This document shows, piece by piece, positions 20,169 to 29,892 of a stretch of 64,000 nt of DNA. The position numbers and the translations under genes are program-made. A model generated the notes under the pieces. It ran no database searches. It was not told the DNA's origin and saw only the letters and a list, made by a program, of their open reading frames with translations. The DNA is taken from contig JBFMAF010000023.1 in the NCBI GenBank assembly GCA_040755995.1, forward strand, positions 160,001-224,000, read 5' to 3'. Each line of letters begins with the position of its first letter. Position 1 is the stretch's first letter. Source of the DNA: Acidobacteriota bacterium. GTDB taxonomy: Bacteria > Acidobacteriota > CAIWXX01.

Positions 20169-20491
20169 AGTTCAGCAGCAGCATCAAGCGGAACCTCTTG
20201 ATCCTTATCCTCTCGGCGATGGGCCTTTCGTTCATCGTCATTTCTGTGTTCGGTGAGAAGGGCCTCATGAGCATCTACCGCGTACGGCGCAGCCTGGAGT
20301 GCGCGCGGGCAGAGATCGAGGAGGTAAGAAGAGGCAACGAGAAGTTGAGACGAGAAATCGATCGCCTGCAGAACGATCCCACCTCCTCCGAGGAAATCGC
20401 CCGCCGGGAACTGGGCCTGATCAGGAAGGACGAGGTCCTCGTCATCGTGCAGGATCGAAAGGCCGGCACGCCCGCACCGCCCTCACGCTGA
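20165..20491 (+). CDS. ftsB: Septum formation initiator (FtsB/DivIC family)
   Basis: N-terminal TM, FGEKG, coiled coil, and EEIARRELGLIRKDE. Confidence 0.82.
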   Translation: MKFSSSIKRNLLILILSAMGLSFIVISVFGEKGLMSIYRVRRSLECARAEIEEVRRGNEKLRREIDRLQNDPTSSEEIARRELGLIRKDEVLVIVQDRKAGTPAPPSR

Positions 20492-20732
20492 CGGCGGCCT
20501 TGTCTGCTGGGACCGTGAGGCGGAGCCTCCAACCGGCCGGCGTGGCGCTCGGAGGCGGCAAGGCCGAATGCGGTTACACGTGCTCGACCGGGAACGGGCA
20601 GACAGCCGGGCTCCGTAGGGCGGTCCCGTCTGGTGCCGGAGGACTCCGATCGATCGCGACGTCGCCTTCGTCGGGCCGGCGGGACAATGTCGGCCGTCGG
20701 CACACGGTCCTCTGCGGCGCAGCGCCGGGTGC

Positions 20733-21566
20733 TTACCGCTGCCGCGCGGGACCGTGCGGTATCCGCCGGTTGGCCAGGATGTTCAGCATGGCCCGATGGA
20801 TACGCCCGTTGCTGGCGACAACCCTGTCGGGCCGCAGGGGATCGACGGGTTTGCCGGCGAAATCCGTCAAGACGCCTCCCGCCTCGGTCACCACCAGGAG
20901 GGCTGCCGCCACGTCCCAACTCTTGAGCTTGATCTCCCAGAATCCGTCGAAGCGTCCAGCAGCGAGGCAGCAGAGGTCAAGGGCGGCGGAGCCCGCCCGC
21001 CTGACCGCCTGTGCCGCGCGTATGAAGCGGGTGAAATAGGCGATGTTGTTGTCGCGGGTGGTGCGGATGTCGTAGGGAAAGCCTGTAGCGAGGAGCGCGC
21101 GGTCCAGCTTTGAGACGGTGGAAACTCGGAGGCGCCGGCTGTTGAGTCGAGCGCCTTCTCCGCGCTGTGCCGTGTACAGCTCGCCGAGCGTCGGACAGTA
21201 GACTGCCCCTATGACGATCTGGCCCTCCATCATGAGCGCGATGCTGACGCTGTAGATCGGGAAGCCATGCGCATAGTTGGTAGTGCCGTCCAGGGGATCG
21301 ATAATCCAGAGGCAGTCCGAGGCGACCGGAGCCGCAGTCATTTCCTCGCTCAGGAAGTGGTGACCGGGGAAGTGATTCCTGAGATGCTTCAGGATGAACT
21401 TCTGGCTCCTGTGGTCCATCTCTGTCACGAGGTCCACGATGCCCTTGTAGCGGACCTCCTGCTTGCGCCCGAAACGCTCGTGCAGCAGCTCCCCGGCACG
21501 GATTGCCGTCTCCGCCGCCACGGTCAGGCATCCGCGGTACGCGTCCCGCCCCTCAGGCCTCCACAT
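20733..21566 (-). CDS. suhB: Inositol monophosphatase
   Basis: WIIDPLDGTTNYAHG, RRAGSAALDL and WDVAA motifs. Confidence 0.93.
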   Translation of the reverse strand: MWRPEGRDAYRGCLTVAAETAIRAGELLHERFGRKQEVRYKGIVDLVTEMDHRSQKFILKHLRNHFPGHHFLSEEMTAAPVASDCLWIIDPLDGTTNYAHGFPIYSVSIALMMEGQIVIGAVYCPTLGELYTAQRGEGARLNSRRLRVSTVSKLDRALLATGFPYDIRTTRDNNIAYFTRFIRAAQAVRRAGSAALDLCCLAAGRFDGFWEIKLKSWDVAAALLVVTEAGGVLTDFAGKPVDPLRPDRVVASNGRIHRAMLNILANRRIPHGPARQR

Positions 21567-21733
21567 GCCCCAATTCTATTCGGAAACGCCCTCGCCGGGA
21601 ATAGGGAAATAGGTGAGGAGGGTTGCGGGGTGGCTGGGTGCCCGGGCGCCGTGGTCAATTTGACTCCCCGAATTCGGCGATGCTGTGCAGCATTGATAAC
21701 ATCGACAGACTCCTCAGCCAGCAGATTGCTGAT

Positions 21734-21799
21734 CGTGGTCGTAGACGTGAACGTGAACGGTCCGGCCGACAGGGATTCGTTCACGTTCGCGTATGCACG
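21734..21799. repeat. Hexamer inverted tandem repeat
   Basis: CGTGGT CGTAGA CGTGAA CGTGAA ... TTCACG TTCGCG. Confidence 0.7.
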
Positions 21800-21820
21800 T
21801 GCGATGCCACCGGATTGTGG

Positions 21821-21849
21821 TTGACTCCGGGCGCCTGTCATGGCATAAT
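21821..21849 (+). promoter_or_regulatory. Sigma70 promoter of carD
   Basis: TTGACT-17 nt-CATAAT with TGn extended -10. Confidence 0.7.
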
Positions 21850-21888
21850 ATGTCTCTGTATTTCCTAGATGAACAAGGGGGCGTACAG

Positions 21889-22407
21889 TTGACATTCAAA
21901 GTTGGTGACAAGGTGGTATATCCCAACCATGGGATTGGTGTGATTCAGGACATCCAGGACAGGGAGTTCTATGGGCAACAGGAGCGCTTCTACTCGCTGA
22001 GGATACTCGCCAACGACACCATGGTGATGGTGCCGCTCTCTAACGCGGATGGCGTTGGGCTCCGAAAGATTATCAAAGGCTCCGAAGTCGACAGAGTAAT
22101 CGACATACTGAAGGGCAGGGACTTGGAGGTCCACAAGAACTGGAAGGGTCGGTTCAAGGAGAACTCCAACAAGATGCGCACCGGGTCGATCTTCGAGGTG
22201 GCGGAGGTTTACAAGAACCTCGCTATCTTGAGCCGGAACAAAGTTCTCTCCTACCGCGAGAAGCGGATGTTGGACAAGGCGCGTTACCTGCTGGTGTCCG
22301 AGATCTCCCAGGCAGGACGCATGGCTGAAAGCGCGGCTGAAACCAAGATCGACTCGGCCCTGGCCTCCTGCAGGCCGAGCCGTATGCGGATTCACGCGCA
22401 TGCGTAG
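21889..22407 (+). CDS. carD: CarD family transcriptional regulator
   Basis: FKVGDKVVYPNHGIG, VGLRKII and NWKGR motifs; TTG start after an AAGGGGG RBS. Confidence 0.92.
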   Translation: MTFKVGDKVVYPNHGIGVIQDIQDREFYGQQERFYSLRILANDTMVMVPLSNADGVGLRKIIKGSEVDRVIDILKGRDLEVHKNWKGRFKENSNKMRTGSIFEVAEVYKNLAILSRNKVLSYREKRMLDKARYLLVSEISQAGRMAESAAETKIDSALASCRPSRMRIHAHA

Positions 22408-22429
22408 CAGGATCTGATACCCGACTGAG

Positions 22430-22457
22430 AGCGACTCCACTCGGAGTCGCTTTTTTT
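22430..22457 (+). terminator. Rho-independent terminator after carD
   Basis: AGCGACTCC-ACTC-GGAGTCGCT stem followed by a T run. Confidence 0.85.
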
Positions 22458-22463
22458 GTCTGT

Positions 22464-23780
22464 ATGTTGACGCTGAACATCGTCCTTCTCGTCTGCGCGC
22501 TCCTTCTCTCCGCGTTCTTCTCCAGCTCCGAGACGGCGATCCTGACGATGAACCGGTTCAAGCTGGACCATTTGGAGCGGCGAGGCGACCGGAAGGCGCC
22601 TCTTTTGAAGCAGCTCCGCTTGTTCCCCGATCGGTTCCTCGCGACCGTCCTGGTCGGGAACACCATCGTGAATGCGGCGGCCGCCTCGATCGCCACGCTG
22701 CTTTTTGCGATGGTGCTCGGCCAGAGCCAGGAGGCGATGTTCATCGCGACGGCAACGGCCTCGATCGTCCTGCTCCTCTTCGGCGAGATCACGCCGAAGA
22801 CGATCGCGACGCGACACCCTGAGCGCCTGGGGCACATCTACTTCTATGCCATCCGGATGGTGATGTGGCTGCTGAGCCCGATCGTCTTCGTTGTGACGAA
22901 GGTTTCGCACGGTTTGTTGAGGGGTCTGGGCATCAACCCGGCTCAGATCAGCGATCGGCTCTCGGAAGAGGAGTTCAGGTCGCTGATGAAGGTCGGGGTT
23001 GAGGAAGGCGCCATCGGGCAGGCCAAGAAGAGGATGCTGGCGAGCATCTTCGAAATCTCGGATAAGACGGTCAAGGAAGTCATGATCCCTCGCACGATGG
23101 TGACCATGGTGGAGGCGTCCATGGAAGGGGTGAAGCTGCTCGAGGCCGTGGTACAGTCAGGCTTCTCTCGCGTGCCAGTCTACGGAGGCGAGCCCGACAA
23201 CATCCTCGGTATCGTGCATGCGAAGGACTTGCTGGGCCTGCTACAGAAGGGCGAGCCGCCCGATGTCACGAAAATCCTCCGGAAGCCCTTCTTCATCCCC
23301 GAGAGCGCCCGGGTCGAGAAAGCCCTGAACGAGTTCCAGAAGGCACGCGTTCACATGGGGTTCGTGGTGGACGAGTACGGTGGCGTCGAGGGCATCGTCA
23401 CGATCGAGGATCTGTTGGAAGAGATAGTAGGCGAGATTCAGGATGAGCACGACGAGGAGACGGACTACATTCGGGTACAGCCGGACGGGTCCAGGCTGAT
23501 CGACGGGGGCACGGCTATCTACAAGATCAACGAGCGCCTCGGCATCGGACTGCCGGAGGAGGAGGAGTTCAGTACGCTCGCGGGTTTCGTCATAGCCATA
23601 CTGGGGCACATACCGAAGGAGAGGGAGGAGGTCGAGTTCAAGGGGCACAGGCTGGTCGTGGAGAAGGTCCTGAAGCGCAAGGTCACGCTCATCAGGATGA
23701 TCTCGCCGGCTTCGACTCCACTCGGAGAGTCCCCCGAGACGGGCCACGAGCGGAGTTCCGTGGCAGATCCACTCCTGTGA
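22464..23780 (+). CDS. CNNM(DUF21)-CBS-CorC domain protein (hemolysin/CorB-like transporter)
   Basis: SAFFSSSETA, FGEITPK, VMIPR, VVDEYGGVEGIVTIEDLLEEIVGEI and TLAGF. Confidence 0.92.
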   Translation: MLTLNIVLLVCALLLSAFFSSSETAILTMNRFKLDHLERRGDRKAPLLKQLRLFPDRFLATVLVGNTIVNAAAASIATLLFAMVLGQSQEAMFIATATASIVLLLFGEITPKTIATRHPERLGHIYFYAIRMVMWLLSPIVFVVTKVSHGLLRGLGINPAQISDRLSEEEFRSLMKVGVEEGAIGQAKKRMLASIFEISDKTVKEVMIPRTMVTMVEASMEGVKLLEAVVQSGFSRVPVYGGEPDNILGIVHAKDLLGLLQKGEPPDVTKILRKPFFIPESARVEKALNEFQKARVHMGFVVDEYGGVEGIVTIEDLLEEIVGEIQDEHDEETDYIRVQPDGSRLIDGGTAIYKINERLGIGLPEEEEFSTLAGFVIAILGHIPKEREEVEFKGHRLVVEKVLKRKVTLIRMISPASTPLGESPETGHERSSVADPLL

Positions 23781-23811
23781 CGGTGAACCCTCAGCCCCGT
23801 TGGTCGACCAT

Positions 23812-23876
23812 CGTTATCGTGGACGTGAACGACGTAGCGGAGATACTGGCGTTCGCGCCCACGCCTACGTCCACGA
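23812..23876. repeat. Hexamer inverted tandem repeat
   Basis: CGTTAT CGTGGA CGTGAA ... CCCACG CCTACG TCCACG. Confidence 0.7.
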
Positions 23877-23977
23877 ATGCCAAGGTATGCCGCCGGGTTG
23901 GTGCCCCGGGACCTTGAATAGTCCCGATGCAGATGTTAGTGTTTGACTCCTGAAGTGGGGTTTGCGCGAGGAGACAG

Positions 23978-24394
23978 ATGAAGAAAGCGAAATTCGTCGT
24001 GGGTATATCGGTCTTTGCCGCCGCCGTCATCTGGTTGGCGGCTACCGGCTTCGAGGGCGCCAAGGCCTACTACAAGACAGTTGACGAGCTCTACGCGATG
24101 GGGGACGATGCATATCGTTACAGGCTGAAGGTCGCAGGCGAGGTGGTGCCGGGATCGATCAGGAAAAACGACGCGAATGTCAGCTTCGCGATCGCTCAGA
24201 AGGACAAGACCCTTCACGTCTCCTACGTCGGGCGAAACCCCATACCAGACACTTTCGTCGACAGGGCGCAGGTCGTAGTCGAGGGACGCTACCTGCGTCA
24301 AGGCAGCTTCGAGGCTGATGCGCTCCAGGCCAAGTGCGCATCCAAGTACGAGGCCCTGAACAAGACCACCGGCGCATCCCCGTCCGGTACGTGA
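23978..24394 (+). CDS. ccmE: Heme chaperone CcmE, CxxxY variant
   Basis: N-terminal TM, YYKTVDEL, PDTF...VVVEG and AKCASKY. Confidence 0.92.
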   Translation: MKKAKFVVGISVFAAAVIWLAATGFEGAKAYYKTVDELYAMGDDAYRYRLKVAGEVVPGSIRKNDANVSFAIAQKDKTLHVSYVGRNPIPDTFVDRAQVVVEGRYLRQGSFEADALQAKCASKYEALNKTTGASPSGT

Positions 24395-24473
24395 GATTCC
24401 ATCACATCCCTGATCGTACATGCCGTTGTTCAAGGTCCTAGCCGGCGTGGAAACCAGGTCGTCACCGTACGGG

Positions 24474-24504
24474 CTGACAGCTGCCAACCGACAACTGACA
24501 ACTG
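24474..24504. repeat. Heptamer CTGACAA-type tandem repeat
   Basis: CTGACAG CTGCCAA CCGACAA CTGACAA immediately before ccmF. Confidence 0.7.
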
Positions 24505-24515
24505 TTTGATTGACC

Positions 24516-26573
24516 ATGGCCTCCGTAGGTAGTTTCGCACTCCTCTGCGTCTTCGTGGTCTCCGCCTTCGGCATCGTCGCGGCGATGATCTCCGGTCGGG
24601 CAGGCCGGTTCGAGCGCGTCGCTGAACGGGCCATATACAACTGCCTCGCTCTGTATGCGATTGTCATCGTCTCGCTCCTGTACCTCCTCTCCACCGCCGA
24701 GTTCAGGTTTGCGTACGTGGCCGGCCACACGAATCGAGATCTCTCATTTGCTTACAAGATGACCGCCCTGTGGGCGGGGCAGGAAGGCTCGCTGGTGTTC
24801 TGGGGATTCGTCCTCTCGGCCTACTCCGCCGCGATCATCGCGAAGAATAGGAAGCGGTTCTCGGAGCTCGTCCCACACATGTCCGTCGTGTTCCTCGCCA
24901 CCATCTTCTTCTTTTCGCTGCTGAGCATCTTCGTGTCGAACCCGTTCAACGAGCTGGTGGAGGTTCATGCGGACGGGCGCCTCGCACCGTTCATCCCTGC
25001 CGATGGGCAGGGCCTTAACCCCCTGCTCCAACACTGGGCCATGGTCATCCACCCGCCTCTGCTCTACCTCGGCTACGTCGGCTGCATCGTGCCGTTCGCC
25101 TTCGCCATGGCGGCGCTGGTCACGCGCCGGCTCAGCAACGACTGGCTAAAGGCCACTCGCCGTTGGACCCTGATCGCCTGGCTTTTCCTCGGCGCGGGAA
25201 TCCTGCTCGGAGCAAAATGGGCGTACGTCGAGCTCGGGTGGGGAGGCTATTGGGGGTGGGACCCCGTTGAAAACGCCTCCCTCATGCCCTGGCTCACCAT
25301 GACGGCCTTCTTGCATTCCGCATCCATACAGGAGCGCAAGGGCATGCTGAAGGTCTGGAACGTCAGCCTCGTGGCGCTCTCGTTCCTCCTCTCGATCTTC
25401 GGCACCTTCATAACTCGCAGCGGCATCGTCTCCTCCGTCCACGCATTCTCGAAGTCCTCGATCGGGACCTATTTCACTGTCTTCATGCTGGTCGTCGGCG
25501 CCCTCACCGTCTACTTCATCCTCAGGCGGCTGCCCGACCTCAAGAGCGAGACCAGCCTCGATTCCCTGATCTCGCGCGAGAGCGCATTTCTGTTCAACAA
25601 CGTCGTCTTACTCGGCGCATGCGTCGCCATCCTGTGGGGGACCATGTACCCGTTCGTCTCGGAGGAATTCTGGGGACAGAAGATCACCGTGGGGCCTCCT
25701 TTCTTCAACCGCATCATGGTCCCCGTCGGATTGCTCCTTCTCTTCCTGACCGGCATCGGCCCGCTTGTGGCCTGGGGGCGGACATCGCTGGGCAGCATCC
25801 GGCGAAACCTGCTGGCTCCGGCCGTCGCCGGCCTGATCGCCGCTGCTGCGCTTTACGCCCTTGGATATCGCCACGCCTACGCGTTGCTTGACCTTGGGCT
25901 CTGCGCGTTCGTGCTGACGGGAATCATACTGGAGTTCTACAGAGGGGCGCGCGCGCGCCAGAAGAACACGGCGGAGGGGTTCTTTACGGCTCTTTACGCT
26001 ATGACCATGACGAACAAGAGGCGGCATGGCGGTTACCTGGTCCACCTGTCAGTCGTGCTGCTGTTCGTGGGATTCGCGGGAGCGGCTTTCAATTCCGAGA
26101 CAAAGGCGACGCTCCGCGAGGGCGACCAGGCCCAGTTCAAAGGCTACACGATACGGTGCAAGAAGATAGAAATAAGTGAGACCCCGAACTACCTTTATGA
26201 GAAGGCATCCGTCCAGGTCCTCCGCGACGGAAGAGACCTTGGAATGCTCTACCCGGAGGGGAGGGTGTACAAGGCCGGCGAGCAGACGACGACCGAGGTC
26301 GCGATCCGCTCGAACCCCTTGAGGGACTTATATCTGGTATTCGCCGGTATGACCGATGATCGACGGGCAGTGCTCCAGATCTTCATCAACCCGTTGGTCC
26401 ATTGGATCTGGGTCGGATCCATAGTCATGCTTCTGGGGACGCTCATTGCGGTTTTGCCCGACCGGCTTGGAGGAGAAAAGGGGAAGGGGGAAAGAGACAA
26501 GGATAGGCGTCGCTGGGTGATTTCCGTGGCCGAGCGGGATGAGGAGAAAAGGGAAAAGGGTAGGGTTGACTAG
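24516..26573 (+). CDS. ccmF: Cytochrome c heme lyase CcmF
   Basis: WAGQEGSL, GLNPLLQ..M.IHPP, WGGYWGWDPVEN (WWD domain) and SVHAF. Confidence 0.96.
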   Translation: MASVGSFALLCVFVVSAFGIVAAMISGRAGRFERVAERAIYNCLALYAIVIVSLLYLLSTAEFRFAYVAGHTNRDLSFAYKMTALWAGQEGSLVFWGFVLSAYSAAIIAKNRKRFSELVPHMSVVFLATIFFFSLLSIFVSNPFNELVEVHADGRLAPFIPADGQGLNPLLQHWAMVIHPPLLYLGYVGCIVPFAFAMAALVTRRLSNDWLKATRRWTLIAWLFLGAGILLGAKWAYVELGWGGYWGWDPVENASLMPWLTMTAFLHSASIQERKGMLKVWNVSLVALSFLLSIFGTFITRSGIVSSVHAFSKSSIGTYFTVFMLVVGALTVYFILRRLPDLKSETSLDSLISRESAFLFNNVVLLGACVAILWGTMYPFVSEEFWGQKITVGPPFFNRIMVPVGLLLLFLTGIGPLVAWGRTSLGSIRRNLLAPAVAGLIAAAALYALGYRHAYALLDLGLCAFVLTGIILEFYRGARARQKNTAEGFFTALYAMTMTNKRRHGGYLVHLSVVLLFVGFAGAAFNSETKATLREGDQAQFKGYTIRCKKIEISETPNYLYEKASVQVLRDGRDLGMLYPEGRVYKAGEQTTTEVAIRSNPLRDLYLVFAGMTDDRRAVLQIFINPLVHWIWVGSIVMLLGTLIAVLPDRLGGEKGKGERDKDRRRWVISVAERDEEKREKGRVD

Positions 26574-26581
26574 AGAGTTGC

Positions 26582-27013
26582 ATGGCTGAGCTGATGATGG
26601 TGGTCGTGGCGGGGGCCGCGTTTGCGTTCATGCTGCTGCCGATCCTGCGCCCGGCAGCCGGCGGGGAAGAGAGAGAGGCGACCGACAGTGGAGATCGTTC
26701 CGCGAGGGAGAAGCGGGAGCAGCTGCTCGACAATCTTGCCGATCTGGACGTAGACCTCAAGATGGGCAAGCTCAGCGAGCATGATTATGAGCGTAATCGA
26801 GAGGCCGCCCAGCGTGAGCTTCGCGCGGCGGAGGCGCGCACGACGGGGTTTCAGGGGAAGACACCGACTGCCCCTCAGGCGAGGACTGGGTCTGCCACCG
26901 CGACCGCGGCGCCCGCCGCCGATAGTCCCAGGAGGTGCAGCGGGTGCGGCGTAACCAATCCTCCGGCCAGCAAGTTCTGCAACGAGTGTGGAGCGCGATT
27001 CGATGCGGCATAG
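26582..27013 (+). CDS. Membrane-anchored CcmI-N-like protein with C-terminal zinc ribbon
   Basis: TM, DLDVDLKMGKLSEHDY helix, CSGC...CNEC; lies inside the ccm operon. Confidence 0.7.
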   Translation: MAELMMVVVAGAAFAFMLLPILRPAAGGEEREATDSGDRSAREKREQLLDNLADLDVDLKMGKLSEHDYERNREAAQRELRAAEARTTGFQGKTPTAPQARTGSATATAAPAADSPRRCSGCGVTNPPASKFCNECGARFDAA

Positions 27014-28055
27014 GTCGGCAGTCTCATGCATGGCGGGCGTACTTCTGGCCATGTTCTCGTCCGCCGGGATGTCGGAGGCAGCCGAGCTGCGTTGCCGTGT
27101 AGTGAACGGAACGACCGGTGGGCCCTGTTCGCCGGATGCCTTCGCCTTGATGAAGCTCGCGGAGGGGATGGAGGAAGTCGAGTCGCGCGAGAATCCGGGG
27201 GCCGAATTCTCGGTGGCCGGCCTATCCAAAGACGCACAGTACCTCCTTCAGGTGGCCTACAAGGGTGTGAGGTACAACTCAACCATCAGCTTCAGCGGCG
27301 GCGACCGGCAGGACATGGAGCTGAGCGTGTATGAACTGGGCCACGATGACAGCCTCCTCCGCCTCCGCAGACTCAGCCTCCGTATCACGCTCGATGCCGG
27401 CTGGATGCTCGTGGACCAGACGATCGAGGCACTGAACATGGACAAGCATGTCTATGCCGACAGCAGGAACGGCAGCTTGAGGTTCTCGCTGCCCGCGGGC
27501 GTTGGGCAAGTCGAGTCGGTGTTCGTAACCTCGACGCACATGCCCACACGGCAAGACGTGGTGTCGCTGGCGGGAACGCCGCAATTCGCCCTCGACTATC
27601 CGCTGAAGCCGGGCCCAACCCAGATCCAGATGTCATTCCGCGCTCCCTACAACGGGAGCTACGACTACCGACAGAGATTCGAATATCCAGTCGAGAACGT
27701 CGAAATCGTGGTTGCCCCGCCTTCGGTAGTGGTTGAAGGCGCCGCCGTGAAGCCGCTGCAGGGCCCGCCTGCGGACGAGGTCGCAGTGTACGGGGCCGGT
27801 CCCATATCGTCCGGCGGGGATCTCGCGTTCATCCTCAAAGGAGAATCGATGCCGGCCTCTTCGGGAGTCTCGACCGAAGAAGGAATGCAGGCCGAGACTC
27901 AGAGCGACATTGTCGAGCACCCGCTGGCGCTCTATCACTACAAGCTTCATCTCATCCTGCTGATGACGTGCGCGATGAGCCTGGCCTTCTGGTTTGGTTT
28001 GCGCGAGCCGCCCCCGCCCCCCAGTCCAGCGCCCAGGACGAAGAAACGAAAATGA
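27003..28055 (+). CDS. Exported beta-rich protein with C-terminal membrane anchor (ccm-associated hypothetical)
   Basis: Signal peptide, V.NGTTG start of mature domain, C-terminal TM and basic tail. Confidence 0.7.
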   Translation: MRHRSAVSCMAGVLLAMFSSAGMSEAAELRCRVVNGTTGGPCSPDAFALMKLAEGMEEVESRENPGAEFSVAGLSKDAQYLLQVAYKGVRYNSTISFSGGDRQDMELSVYELGHDDSLLRLRRLSLRITLDAGWMLVDQTIEALNMDKHVYADSRNGSLRFSLPAGVGQVESVFVTSTHMPTRQDVVSLAGTPQFALDYPLKPGPTQIQMSFRAPYNGSYDYRQRFEYPVENVEIVVAPPSVVVEGAAVKPLQGPPADEVAVYGAGPISSGGDLAFILKGESMPASSGVSTEEGMQAETQSDIVEHPLALYHYKLHLILLMTCAMSLAFWFGLREPPPPPSPAPRTKKRK

Positions 28056-28067
28056 AGTCGTGCTGCG

Positions 28068-28107
28068 GACGCGGTGACGCGGAGACGCGGAGACGCGGTG
28101 ACACGGT
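28068..28107. repeat. Octamer (GACGCGGW)5 tandem repeat
   Basis: GACGCGGT GACGCGGA GACGCGGA GACGCGGT GACACGGT; degenerate copy near 46921-46950. Confidence 0.85.
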
Positions 28108-28176
28108 CGCCGGCTTGGCGATCCTGGTCGTTGCGCGAGCCGTGCTGCGAGCGGCGACTCCAGCTGGCCGCGGGCA

Positions 28177-28896
28177 TTGAAGGACTTGACTCAGCCGGAA
28201 GGCCTCGTTGCCGACAATCTGTCCAGGGCTTACGGGTACGTCTACGCTCTGAAGGAGGTCAGCCTGACCGTAAGGGCTGGTGAGGCAGTCGGAGTCTTCG
28301 GACCGAACGGCGCAGGCAAGAGCACACTCTTGCGGATCGCGGCTGGATTGCTGCGTCCATCCTCGGGGACGGTGCGAGTCTTTGGCGGCGATCTCTGGGA
28401 GACACTCGGGCTGCGGGGAAAGGTCGGGTTTCTGTCGCACGCGATCGGGCTCTATCCCAACCTGACGGTGCGTGAGAACCTGTCGTTCTTCGCGGAGCTC
28501 GCAGGAGTCGGAGCCGCGTCCCGGCGGGCCGATGACGTGATCGTCCGCCTCGAGCTCGATCGATACGCATCCACCGAGGTGCGCCACCTCAGCCGAGGAT
28601 GGCAGCAGCGCGCGGCGATTGCCCGCGGGCTGCTCGCAGACCCGCGGCTGCTGCTGTGGGACGAACCCTTCAGCGGACTGGACGAGAAAACGTGCGAAAT
28701 GGTCTCCCGCCTGCTGGCCGAGTTCAAGTCGGAAGGGCGGACGGCGCTCGTGGCCTCGCACGAATTCGATCGCACAATGACCGTCTGCGAGCGGGCGGTC
28801 GTCATCGATCGCGGCCGGCTCGCCTTCGATGGGCATGGCGCCGAAGCCTCCGACGCCTACCGGCGTATCATCGGCGTGGCGAAGAGCGCCGCATAG
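28177..28896 (+). CDS. ccmA: Heme exporter ABC ATP-binding protein
   Basis: GPNGAGKST, LSRGWQQR, LLWDEPFSGLD and SH motifs; operon context. Start uncertain. Confidence 0.85.
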   Translation: MKDLTQPEGLVADNLSRAYGYVYALKEVSLTVRAGEAVGVFGPNGAGKSTLLRIAAGLLRPSSGTVRVFGGDLWETLGLRGKVGFLSHAIGLYPNLTVRENLSFFAELAGVGAASRRADDVIVRLELDRYASTEVRHLSRGWQQRAAIARGLLADPRLLLWDEPFSGLDEKTCEMVSRLLAEFKSEGRTALVASHEFDRTMTVCERAVVIDRGRLAFDGHGAEASDAYRRIIGVAKSAA

Positions 28897-28965
28897 GAAT
28901 CCCGCATGACTCTCAGGAGATGGCGGGGCCGCCGGCACACGCACGAACTTGCGCACGTCCGGCCG

Positions 28966-28995
28966 CTGACAACCGGCAACGGCCCACTGACAACT
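28966..28995. repeat. Heptamer CTGACAA-type tandem repeat
   Basis: CTGACAA CCGGCAA CGGCCCA CTGACAA. Confidence 0.6.
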
Positions 28996-29024
28996 CCCTG
29001 CCGATCGCTCCAGTCCGGACTCGT

Positions 29025-29711
29025 ATGAAAGGCTCACTGAGACAACTGTCTGCCCTCTACCTGAAGGATATCCGTCTGGAAATGCGCTCGAAGGAGGCAC
29101 TCCTCCCGATGGCCGTCTTCGGGCTCCTCATCCTCACCATCTCGAATTTCTCGTTCGAGCTGAGCAACGATCAGATGAGAACCGCAGCCGGCGGAATTCT
29201 CTGGATTGCGATCACATTCAGCCTGACGCTCGGCATCAGCCGTTCGTTCGCACTCGAGAAAGAGTTCGGCAGCCTCGACTCGACGCTGCTCATGCCCGTC
29301 GAACGCGGGCTCGTGTTTCTCGGCAAGCTGCTCTCAAACCTCACCTTCGCGTTCGTACAGGAGGCGGTGCTGCTGCCCTTTTTCTTCGTCTTCTTCAACT
29401 TCCCCCTCTTCGACAACTTCGCCTGGTTCTTGCTGGTGCTTTTCCTCGGGACCGTCGGGTTTTGCGCCGTGAGCACTCTGTTCTCCGCGCTCACCCTGAG
29501 CGCCCGAATGCGCGAGATCCTCCTCCCGTTGCTCGTGTTCCCGGTCTTCGTACCGGCCGTCATCGGCGCCGTCAAGGCCACCGCTGTGATCATCCGCGCC
29601 GAGCCGCTGCCCTGGGCATTCCCCTGGATCAAACTGCTAGTTGCCTTCGACGCAGTATTGCTGACCCTCGGCTACGTGCTGTTCGAGTACGTACTGGAGG
29701 AGCAGACGTGA
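29025..29711 (+). CDS. ccmB: Heme exporter permease CcmB
   Basis: KDIRLEMRSKE, SF..EKE.G.LD and LLPLLVFPVFVP; six TM helices. Confidence 0.92.
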   Translation: MKGSLRQLSALYLKDIRLEMRSKEALLPMAVFGLLILTISNFSFELSNDQMRTAAGGILWIAITFSLTLGISRSFALEKEFGSLDSTLLMPVERGLVFLGKLLSNLTFAFVQEAVLLPFFFVFFNFPLFDNFAWFLLVLFLGTVGFCAVSTLFSALTLSARMREILLPLLVFPVFVPAVIGAVKATAVIIRAEPLPWAFPWIKLLVAFDAVLLTLGYVLFEYVLEEQT

Positions 29712-29892
29712 GCCTCGATCATGCAAGAGGACCGTGCCCGCGCCCGTTCATTTGCCCGAGAAGGACGGGTCGGGAACTCGTTCCATTCGGGAGCAGCGAC
29801 ATGCATTCCCCCGGATCCGTTGAGCGCCCCGATCAATCGATCATGCGGGACGCTTGACGGTCGGGACGGCGTCTGATGAAATGGATCACGCC

